Shown one piece after another: positions 1 through 6,890 of a DNA stretch of 45,759 bases. The stretch is from positions 1 to 45,759 of the IMG/VR virus record IMGVR_UViG_3300012940_000040, one strand, 5' to 3'. The DNA is from a virus (Duplodnaviria > Caudoviricetes). Under the pieces are notes generated by a model that saw nothing but the letters and a program-made list of their open reading frames with translations, was not told where the DNA came from and did no database searches. The translations under genes were made by a program, and so were the position numbers. The first letter of the stretch is position 1, and each line of letters starts with the position of its first letter.

Positions 1-128
1 GAAGCAGTAGGTAATTTTTCTTCTTCCTTTTTAGGACGGCCTCTTTTCTTTCCTTCTACAACAACTTCTTTCTTAACTATTTTTTCTTTAGTTGTTTTTT
101 CTGCTGTTTTTTTATTTGTTTTTGCCAT
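1..128 (-). CDS. Partial CDS running off the window start: basic protein with an AT-hook-like motif
   Basis: Not in the ORF track. ATG at 128 on the minus strand reads MAKTNKKTAEKTTKEKIVKKEVVVEGKKRGRPKKEEEKLPTA with no stop to position 1. KRGRPKK matches the AT-hook core. Confidence 0.7.
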   Translation of the reverse strand, partial: MAKTNKKTAEKTTKEKIVKKEVVVEGKKRGRPKKEEEKLPTA

Positions 129-142
129 TTAAAAAATTTTTT

Positions 143-1321
143 TTATTTAAGAAAACCTATTTTATTATTTTCTTCTTTAGTTTTTATTTGTTTAGTATCA
201 TAAGTGTATATTTCTGCTAATGTTAAAGGTTGTTTACTAACAAAATTTTTATCTTTATGAATTTTCTCTAACAACTTATTAGTTTTTTCAAGAGTTAATT
301 TATCAAATTTATATTCTGCAATTAATCTTCCGGGTCTAGTTAATGCTTCATCAATATCACTGTATTTACAATTAAAAGTACAAATTATTTGAATTTTAAG
401 TGCGTCTCCTAATAAACCGTCTGATAAATTAAGCAAATTAGAAATTGCAGCATTTCCACCACTAGAACGCTTTTTTAATATATTTTCAGCATCTTCAATT
501 AATAATATTGAGTTTTTATTTTTAAGCATAAACGTTATAAAGTCTGGTTCACTTAAAACTGTACTCATATCAGGAGAAATATAAATAAGCTGTTTTGTTT
601 CTATCTTTTGAGTTAAATATCTCAAATAAGTAGTTTTACCAGTTCCGGGTAAACCAGAAAATAAAACAATGCCATTTTTTTCCTTTTTATTTAAATCTGC
701 AATTAACTTTTCATTAATTTCTGCAAATTCATCATTATAATTTGATGAAATATCTACAATTTTTTCTGATGCTTCAAAAGGATATAAAGATAAACCATAT
801 TCATCTTTAGTAATTACATTTAACTCCCTTATTGTCTTTTTTCGTTTACGATTTCCTTTAGCTAAAACAAAGTCAATAAATTTTTGCAAATGTTCTTCAG
901 AAGTTAATTTTGATAGGCCATTAAACATTATGCCTATTTCATCATTTTTAATATTATTAACTTCCTTATCAATTACTTCTTGATATTCTTCATCATTATC
1001 ATCATTTTCTTCACTTATATTATCAATTCCAGTTACAATTAATGATATACAATATTGATCTGTTATATTAGTATATAAAATTTCAGAAATTAATTTTGAT
1101 TGATTATAATCATAGTATTTATATGATTTTTTCTTTTTTATTTCTTTCCCCTCAAAAAAAATATCTATATCCTTTATTAATTCATTAAGTTTATAGTATG
1201 AAATATTTGTATGTATTACTACTTCCGGTTCTGAATTTAAATTTTTAATAAATTCAAGTTTCGACATAAATTCTTCTAAACCATCACTATATGATCTTGT
1301 ATAATTGAAATTATAATTCAT
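143..1321 (-). CDS. AAA+ family ATPase
   Basis: Walker A GLPGTGKT, Walker B ILLIEDAE, sensor ICTFN and arginine finger ALTRPGRL. Confidence 0.9.
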   Translation of the reverse strand: MNYNFNYTRSYSDGLEEFMSKLEFIKNLNSEPEVVIHTNISYYKLNELIKDIDIFFEGKEIKKKKSYKYYDYNQSKLISEILYTNITDQYCISLIVTGIDNISEENDDNDEEYQEVIDKEVNNIKNDEIGIMFNGLSKLTSEEHLQKFIDFVLAKGNRKRKKTIRELNVITKDEYGLSLYPFEASEKIVDISSNYNDEFAEINEKLIADLNKKEKNGIVLFSGLPGTGKTTYLRYLTQKIETKQLIYISPDMSTVLSEPDFITFMLKNKNSILLIEDAENILKKRSSGGNAAISNLLNLSDGLLGDALKIQIICTFNCKYSDIDEALTRPGRLIAEYKFDKLTLEKTNKLLEKIHKDKNFVSKQPLTLAEIYTYDTKQIKTKEENNKIGFLK

Positions 1322-1340
1322 GCTATTAACTTATTTTTTT

Positions 1341-1616
1341 TTAAAATTCTACTCCTTCTTCATTAAGATTATTGCCATTATAAATATTAACCCTTGATTC
1401 TTCCATAAGGGTTTTTTTAATTTTACCATCATCTAATAAAAAAGAACTATCTACTAATATGTTCCGAAAACTTTGTTTCATATTTTCTTGCACTGTTAAT
1501 ACTTCCTGAACTTTCTGTTCAAGTTTTTCTATATATCCATTAAGACGCACCATTACAAAAAAGAATACCCCTATAAGGATTATATTTAAAATTATCAAAA
1601 TCCATATTATTATCAT
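1341..1616 (-). CDS. Hypothetical membrane-anchored protein
   Basis: N-terminal hydrophobic helix (IIIWILIILNIILIGVFFFVMV) followed by a coiled coil. Overlaps the upstream gene by ATGA. Confidence 0.7.
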   Translation of the reverse strand: MIIIWILIILNIILIGVFFFVMVRLNGYIEKLEQKVQEVLTVQENMKQSFRNILVDSSFLLDDGKIKKTLMEESRVNIYNGNNLNEEGVEF

Positions 1617-1990
1617 CTTAACCCTAATTTATAAATTGTTGAATTATTTAGTTCTAACATTTCATCAATTACATTTATAATACCATTTTCTGATTCAAAT
1701 GATTTTCTAAATGAAAGAATAATTGAATTTATTTCATTAGCTAATGACAAGTTATCCATATCATCAATAATTCTATACATTTCATCATTTATCATCAATG
1801 ATTGTCTGCCAAATGTACCAGCAATTGATTCTACTAAAGTATCTAAATTGGCACTTATTTCTTTATAATAATCACCCAACACTTCATGCTGCCAACCTGA
1901 ATTTGATTCTATCCAATGGTTAAATTGAATTTGATTTTGAATCCAAAAAACTTTTCCTAAAAAATCTTTGGGTACTTTATTTACTATCAT
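1613..1990 (-). CDS. Dps/ferritin-like four-helix protein
   Basis: HW-x7-HE..LGDYY..LDTLVE resembles the Dps ferroxidase-centre pattern, and 125 aa is a fitting size. Confidence 0.7.
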   Translation of the reverse strand: MIVNKVPKDFLGKVFWIQNQIQFNHWIESNSGWQHEVLGDYYKEISANLDTLVESIAGTFGRQSLMINDEMYRIIDDMDNLSLANEINSIILSFRKSFESENGIINVIDEMLELNNSTIYKLGLR

Positions 1991-2023
1991 TAATATTTAA
2001 TTTAATTGAATTGGAAATTTCTT

Positions 2024-2271
2024 CCAGCTAAGTATGTAGGATTTGCCTACTATACCCAGTGTATTTATTTATTCTTTATTTCCCTCTGCACTATGTTGTA
2101 GTGGTCACCAGTCTGTTATAGTCTGATATTTAATCTTCTCTCTATAGAATAACCACTACAACTACCACCTTTTAAGATTATTCTGGAACAATAGGATTGG
2201 TTACCTACCAAGTTCATAATTAATCAGGAGGATTGGATATACCTCATGTGGTTATGCAAAGGAACAGCTGG
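2024..2271 (-). ncRNA. Candidate structured non-coding RNA (~250 nt), family not recognised
   Basis: ORF-free intergenic stretch, GC-richer than its flanks, with nested complementary segments: CCAGCT/AGCTGG at the ends, TCCTTTGCA/TGCAGAGGG, a 14-bp stem 2149-2162/2095-2108 and three AGG..AATCCT hairpins. Wobble pairs read as G-U on the minus strand. Confidence 0.6.
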
Positions 2272-2286
2272 GTTAATTTATCTCTA

Positions 2287-2484
2287 TTATCCATGTAAAA
2301 ATTGTTTTGAATTAGATGAACCATTTAATTTAGCTTGATAATTCTGTTCTTGTAATAAACTACTAGTATAAACGATTAATTCAGATACAGTAGGGTCATT
2401 TCTAAGTACATTATATTTTTCCTCTGTTATTTCAGCTTTCTTTAAAATTCCACTTTGTAAATATGTAACATATAATTTTTTCAT
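2287..2484 (-). CDS. Hypothetical protein
   Basis: 65-aa ORF co-oriented with neighbours, preceded by TATTTAAA (2517-2524, minus strand). Confidence 0.7.
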   Translation of the reverse strand: MKKLYVTYLQSGILKKAEITEEKYNVLRNDPTVSELIVYTSSLLQEQNYQAKLNGSSNSKQFLHG

Positions 2485-2549
2485 TGCTTTTTTATTTTAA
2501 TTTATTAAATAATACATTTAAATATTTAGAAACAATTATAAATTGCCTA

Positions 2550-2753
2550 TTAAAACAAAAAATCTTCATCTAATTGATATTTTTTAGTTTTCAATTCTAC
2601 TTCTGAAAACAATTCATCAAGTTCTTCATTAAATGCATTTCTCATACTGTCTTTAATATCAATCATCATATTCAATCGTTGATCGATATTTTTTTCTTTG
2701 TTAATCTCCTTAATTGATTTTTTAATAGTATCTACTGTTTGTTTATCTAGCAT
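2550..2753 (-). CDS. Hypothetical protein
   Basis: 67-aa helical ORF overlapping the upstream gene. Confidence 0.65.
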   Translation of the reverse strand: MLDKQTVDTIKKSIKEINKEKNIDQRLNMMIDIKDSMRNAFNEELDELFSEVELKTKKYQLDEDFLF

Positions 2754-3172
2754 TGTACTCTAAATTTTAAAATATAAATTGTTTTTTCATTATTTGAATG
2801 TTCTAAAAAAATATCTTGATTATTGTATTTCGTTTTATGCTTAATAATTATTTCTTCAAAAGGATAAGATAATACAGATAAATCTTTTCCCTTTTTATAA
2901 AAGGCATAAATTTCTAAAATTAAAGGCTGGAACCACGGAAAATTTAAAGGTCGGCTTCCAAGAATATGTAAACTTTCATTGTTTACTTCATCAGTAAATA
3001 CATATCTATCTTGCAATTCTTTTCTATGTTGACGGAGATTATCTTTGATTGTAAGGAATATTTTTTTCTTCGCTTCTTCATCACCAAATACATCTGATCT
3101 ATCCACATAAAAATATAAGTATTCTAAATTTTTTTTCTTCTTTATAAATAGAGTTTTCAAAAATTTAAACAT
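2747..3172 (-). CDS. Hypothetical protein
   Basis: 141-aa ORF with no recognised motif. Confidence 0.65.
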   Translation of the reverse strand: MFKFLKTLFIKKKKNLEYLYFYVDRSDVFGDEEAKKKIFLTIKDNLRQHRKELQDRYVFTDEVNNESLHILGSRPLNFPWFQPLILEIYAFYKKGKDLSVLSYPFEEIIIKHKTKYNNQDIFLEHSNNEKTIYILKFRVQC

Positions 3173-3252
3173 TAGAAAATCAATTTATTTTAAAAATAAA
3201 ATAACATGATTACAAAAACAAATAAAAACGTAAAAAATTTTTTTGAAGCAAT

Positions 3253-3284
3253 AAAAAAGACCTACAAATTAATGTAAGTCTTTT
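3253..3284 (-). terminator. Intrinsic terminator after the tRNA pair
   Basis: Minus-strand hairpin AAAAGACTTACA-loop-TGTAGGTCTTTTTT downstream of the tRNA 3' exon. Confidence 0.7.
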
Positions 3285-3350
3285 AAGGTTAGCTTTCTAT
3301 CCTATTTTAGTTGCGGAGGCAGGATTCGAACCTGCGATCTTGTGATAATG

Positions 3351-3985
3351 CTTACTACTATAGTTTTCACTACCATTAAAATTAATGTTTGTAGTCTGGA
3401 CTTTATCTTCATTTTTTAATAAAAAAAATGTTCGCCGTTAAGTCTCTACACCTTCTTAATCTTAAATTAAGTTTGGCTCGGTATTACCACGCTTTCAGGC
3501 TTCACCGAATTTGACGAATTATACTGCATTTGTTTATTTAATGCAGCAGCCCTAATAATAGACCAAGCATTTTTAAAAAATTCAGGGTTATATGTTGATT
3601 TACTATTTTTAATGTTTTTAAATTCAATAGTAAATTCTTTTTTATTATTACAAAAAATATCAGATGATATAATCCAAAAATCATTAGTATCTATAAAATG
3701 TGCTACAACAAAATCAAAATCTTTAACATAATAACTTTTAGTTTTAAAATTAACTCTATTTGTTAAAGTTCTTATATTACCAGCACAGCATAAATTTCTA
3801 CTTTTAGATTTATAAACTGATTTAACTTGAATTTTTAAAAGAACATCATCAACATCTAAGATTAAGTCATATTTTAATCTATCACCTAATGGTTTAGAAA
3901 CATTAAAACCATTTTTAAGACATTCTAAAATTACACTTTGTTCTGAAATATCGCCCTTTAATTTTTTGTCCATTATTAATTATTG
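3351..3985 (-). mobile_element. Group I intron (IC3-like, 635 nt) inserted after U33 of the tRNA
   Basis: The 5' exon ends in U and the intron ends in G (3351). Core elements: P AAATTCGGTGAA (3512-3501), Q AATACCGAGCC (3485-3475), R GTAGAGACTTAA (3449-3438), S AAGATAAAGTCC (3409-3398). P3 is TTCGTC/GGCGAA and P2 is CTGCATT/AATGCAG. P1 pairs TGGCT|CAATAAT with ATTATTAGGGCTG, giving U-G at the splice site. Confidence 0.92.
3467..3973 (-). CDS. Intron-encoded PD-(D/E)XK homing endonuclease (I-Ssp6803I-like)
   Basis: Pattern KGDISE...VSKPLGD..KYDLIL...KIQVKS. The ORF starts in the P1 loop and its 3' end overlaps the intron core. Confidence 0.88.
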   Translation of the reverse strand: MDKKLKGDISEQSVILECLKNGFNVSKPLGDRLKYDLILDVDDVLLKIQVKSVYKSKSRNLCCAGNIRTLTNRVNFKTKSYYVKDFDFVVAHFIDTNDFWIISSDIFCNNKKEFTIEFKNIKNSKSTYNPEFFKNAWSIIRAAALNKQMQYNSSNSVKPESVVIPSQT

Positions 3986-4030
3986 AGCCACACGGGATGA
4001 CCACTTCCCCACTCCACGATATTATGTTAG

Positions 4031-4104
4031 TAGCGTTGGATGGATTCGAACCACCGATTTCTAGCTAATGAAACTAGCGAGATAGACCTCTTCTCTACAA
4101 CGCA
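4031..4104 (-). tRNA. tRNA-Met(CAT), initiator-type, intronless
   Basis: Cloverleaf TGCGTTG TA GAGA AGAGGTCTA TCTC G CTAGT TT CAT TA GCTAG AAATC GGTGG TTCGAAT CCATC CAACGCT A, with a U1:U72 mismatch and A11:U24. CCA is not encoded. Confidence 0.88.
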
Positions 4105-4126
4105 ATATCAATTTTATATATTGTTA

Positions 4127-4157
4127 CAAATATATTTTTTATTTTTTAAAAAACAAA
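4127..4157 (-). promoter_or_regulatory. Bacteroidota-type -33/-7 promoter for the tRNA pair
   Basis: TTTG (4157-4154), 19-nt spacer, TATATTTG (4134-4127) matches TTTG-N19-21-TAnnTTTG. Confidence 0.7.
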
Positions 4158-4196
4158 ATTGAAGATAATTTTTTATTACTACCTTCAATTTTGTTT
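4151..4196 (-). terminator. Hairpin/terminator after the Hc1-like gene
   Basis: 14-bp inverted repeat AAACAAAATTGAAG/CTTCAATTTTGTTT followed by a T run on the minus strand. Confidence 0.6.
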
Positions 4197-4217
4197 AAAA
4201 TTTAGCGTATAAAAAAA

Positions 4218-4415
4218 TTACGCTTTAGACTTAGCTGCTTTTTTAGCTTTTTTCAATTCGCTTACTTCTACACGAATTGATTGAGAAAGTCTTTTTACTT
4301 CTTGTAATAATTTTCTTAATGCAAGACCAGCAGACTGATTTCCTTTATTATAAAATTTATCGGCTGGAATCTTTAATTCTTCTACTAGAGAAACTAATTG
4401 ATTTACTTTTTCCAT
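4218..4415 (-). CDS. Histone H1-like (Hc1-type) small DNA-binding protein
   Basis: ADKFYNKGNQSAGLALRKLLQEVK resembles the Hc1 signature KF..KGN.aAG.R.RK. Basic tail KKAKKAAKSKA. Confidence 0.8.
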   Translation of the reverse strand: MEKVNQLVSLVEELKIPADKFYNKGNQSAGLALRKLLQEVKRLSQSIRVEVSELKKAKKAAKSKA

Positions 4416-4434
4416 TTTTTAATATTTATTTAAA

Positions 4435-4465
4435 CAAATATAAATATTAAAAATTAAAAAACAAA
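4435..4465 (-). promoter_or_regulatory. Bacteroidota-type -33/-7 promoter
   Basis: TTTG (4465-4462), 19-nt spacer, TATATTTG (4442-4435), upstream of the Hc1-like gene. Confidence 0.7.
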
Positions 4466-4479
4466 TTTAACTGTTTAAA

Positions 4480-5769
4480 TTATTTTTCTTTTTTTGGTTC
4501 TTCATTTTGATTAGCTGCTTCAGGATTAGTTTCTTCAGAACCAAAATCAACGGGGAAACCATCTTCATCTGTAGGCAATGGTGTATCGCCATCTTCTCCA
4601 TTATCTTCAATTGAAGTATCATCAGGTAATTCTTCGCCTTGATTTGCTGTTAAATCAATTGGTGAACTAAAACTATCACCAGACATTGCAGAACCACCTC
4701 CAAATCCACCAGCGCCAGAACTTGAACCACCACCATCAGCAGAATCGTTATCCATATTTCCGGGTTCATACTCTGAATCTTTTTCCCACGGTGAAACTAT
4801 ATTTGAAATATAATTTTTAGGTTCTTTGAAAACAGAATCTTTATCAATTATTTGATTATCATTTTTATCTTTAGCTGCTTCAATTTCATTAGTAAATCTA
4901 TTTCCAACTTGATAACCATTAGCTGAAAAAAATTCTTGACCTTCTTCTTTTTTAATACTTTCAATATGATGTATATATGCAGAACTTGTTTGTGATTGCT
5001 GTTGCATATCCATAACAAAAGTATTACTAAAATTATCTTTTATTTTTTTTGATGCAGCTTTATGGTTTAATAATTTAGAAACATATTCATTTACACCTCT
5101 ATTTAAAATGTTATCTTCAAAAAATAAACCATTATTATATAATTCTTTTAATTTACTAATATCTAAAACTGTTTGATAACCCTTTGAAACAAGATCGATT
5201 TTTTCAATCATATCCTTTCTTTCTTTATACAATTCTTTGATTCTAGCACTTAATTCTTTTTTAGAAACTTTAACAGAAGTACTTAATGCATCTGAATAAG
5301 AGAAAAAATATCTAATTAAATTAGAAAGCAATTCAGATGGTAAATTGGAAATTTTTTCAATAAAACCATCTAAATCAGTATAATTTTGAAGTGCAGTAAA
5401 AAATTTTCTTATTTGTTTTTTAACTGTTTCTTCCAATTTATCTTTTTCAACTAATTCTTTTTTAGTAAAGAATTTATTGCATAATATTTTTAATTTTTGT
5501 TCTTTCAAAAGTTCAGCCCATTTATCCGGCTGTTCATGCATAGAATTATCAACAGTTTGCAAGAACCAATCCCATAATTCGGTATCAATTTCCGTATTAT
5601 CATCTATTTCTTGACTACCAATATCTTTCATAAAATTATTGATATTCATAGTAAATAATTCATTTAAAGATTTTTTTTGTTTTTTATTTTTAGTTAAATG
5701 AATTTTTTCATCTACAAATTTATCAATTTCTTCTTGTAATAAGATATTAAAAGTTTTAAATTCTTTCAT
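4480..5769 (-). CDS. Hypothetical protein with Gly-rich and acidic disordered C-terminus
   Basis: 429-aa ORF with GGGSSSGAGGFGGGS followed by a D/E-rich tail. Confidence 0.8.
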   Translation of the reverse strand: MKEFKTFNILLQEEIDKFVDEKIHLTKNKKQKKSLNELFTMNINNFMKDIGSQEIDDNTEIDTELWDWFLQTVDNSMHEQPDKWAELLKEQKLKILCNKFFTKKELVEKDKLEETVKKQIRKFFTALQNYTDLDGFIEKISNLPSELLSNLIRYFFSYSDALSTSVKVSKKELSARIKELYKERKDMIEKIDLVSKGYQTVLDISKLKELYNNGLFFEDNILNRGVNEYVSKLLNHKAASKKIKDNFSNTFVMDMQQQSQTSSAYIHHIESIKKEEGQEFFSANGYQVGNRFTNEIEAAKDKNDNQIIDKDSVFKEPKNYISNIVSPWEKDSEYEPGNMDNDSADGGGSSSGAGGFGGGSAMSGDSFSSPIDLTANQGEELPDDTSIEDNGEDGDTPLPTDEDGFPVDFGSEETNPEAANQNEEPKKEK

Positions 5770-5774
5770 TTTGA

Positions 5775-6371
5775 TTATTTTCTTAATTTATCAAACATTT
5801 CACTTTCAGCTTTTTTACAACCACTTTGATATGCTTTAAGTGCATTTTGATTATTTTTAAATGATTGTTCTTTTTGTAAAGAAGCCTGTAATGTTTTATA
5901 TATTTCCATTCTTCCAGCAGAAGTAGGATTTTTTAAGTTTCTAATAAATGCATTTAAATATGCGATAGTATTAGTATAACCTAATTGTTGAATTTCTTGA
6001 ACTGAAACTTGTGAAGTTGGTTGCTTAGTTCTTCTAACAGGAATATCAAAATCTTCTAAAGATTCCATTAAATTTCTTTTATTAGAATATCCTTCCATAT
6101 CATTTTTTAATTGATTTCTAATATCAGTTTCTATATTCCCTGTAGATTTAACATGTCCACCACTCCAAGAATCTTTGTGGCCTAAAGAAGTATTTGCAAA
6201 TGCTTCTTCACCTATTAATGTTTTGGCACGTTCAATTGATTCTTTCATTGAAGTACCTACATTTCCACCAGCATTTATATATTTTTCAACGTGTTCTGGA
6301 TTCAAAGGGCTTAAACCTTGCATTTGCATATCAAGTCTTTGTTTCTTTGTTAAATTAAAAAGATTTGCCAT
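5775..6371 (-). CDS. Hypothetical protein, probably late-expressed
   Basis: 198-aa ORF preceded by TATTTAAA at 6396-6403 (minus strand). Confidence 0.8.
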   Translation of the reverse strand: MANLFNLTKKQRLDMQMQGLSPLNPEHVEKYINAGGNVGTSMKESIERAKTLIGEEAFANTSLGHKDSWSGGHVKSTGNIETDIRNQLKNDMEGYSNKRNLMESLEDFDIPVRRTKQPTSQVSVQEIQQLGYTNTIAYLNAFIRNLKNPTSAGRMEIYKTLQASLQKEQSFKNNQNALKAYQSGCKKAESEMFDKLRK

Positions 6372-6426
6372 TATTTAAAATTTCTTTTTTTATTCTTTAA
6401 ATATAAGTTTTTTAATATTTAACAAC

Positions 6427-6457
6427 AAAAAAAGGCTAGGAAAATTCCTAACCTTTT
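6427..6457 (-). terminator. Intrinsic terminator after the AP2 gene
   Basis: Minus strand AAAAGGTTAGGAA-TT-TTCCTAGCCTTTTTTT. Confidence 0.7.
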
Positions 6458-6516
6458 AAGTTTAAATTTTAGTTAATGAAGTCAAATAAACATTAACTAA
6501 TTCTTTTTAGAAGAAA

Positions 6517-6801
6517 TTAAAGTTCATTCCAATAACCTAATTTCTTAGCAGTGCGAGTAGTGTAGTGTTTTCTTGCACCATCGTTATATGCTTTTGCAGC
6601 GGCTACAGCATCTTCAAGTAAGAAACAACCTAAATGAAAACGTTCTCCATTTTTTTGAATACGGCTACGTAAACGTACACCCCAACCACTTTGAGTTCTA
6701 TAAGTATTTACAGATACACCACGATAAGTAATGCCCAATGATTCTTTGTTAGGGCGTTTTCCCAATTTTTTGTTTGTTTTCTTTGTTAATTTGTTTGTCA
6801 T
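6517..6801 (-). CDS. Stand-alone AP2-domain DNA-binding protein
   Basis: YRGVS...W.VR...FHLGCF..EDAVAAAKAYND is the AP2 signature. No HNH domain is attached. TATTTTTG (-7-like) lies at 6827-6820. Confidence 0.8.
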   Translation of the reverse strand: MTNKLTKKTNKKLGKRPNKESLGITYRGVSVNTYRTQSGWGVRLRSRIQKNGERFHLGCFLLEDAVAAAKAYNDGARKHYTTRTAKKLGYWNEL

Positions 6802-6890
6802 AATTGTTTATTTATAAATCAAAAATAAGCGGCTTTTTTTAAAAAAACAATTTTTTTAAAAAAAATTTTTAAAGTTTTATGTATTAATTT

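Larger units (their letters stand above)
3311..4018 (-). tRNA. tRNA-Met(CAT), initiator-type, split by a group I intron (5' exon 4018-3986, 3' exon 3350-3311)
   Basis: The joined exons form a cloverleaf: CGTGGAG TG GGGA AGTGGTCA TCCC G TGTGG CT|CAT TA TCACA AGATC GCAGG TTCGAAT CCTGC CTCCGCA A. It has a C1:A72 mismatch and a purine11:pyrimidine24 pair. CCA is not encoded. Confidence 0.9.

Noticed and set aside
2024-2271. Retron msr-msd, tmRNA, RNase P or 6S identity for the structured region
   Set aside because: There is no RT in the window, and the long stem relies on G-U pairs that would mismatch in cDNA. There are no tRNA-like ends or tag ORF, no RNase P P4 consensus, and the fold is branched rather than a 6S-like rod.
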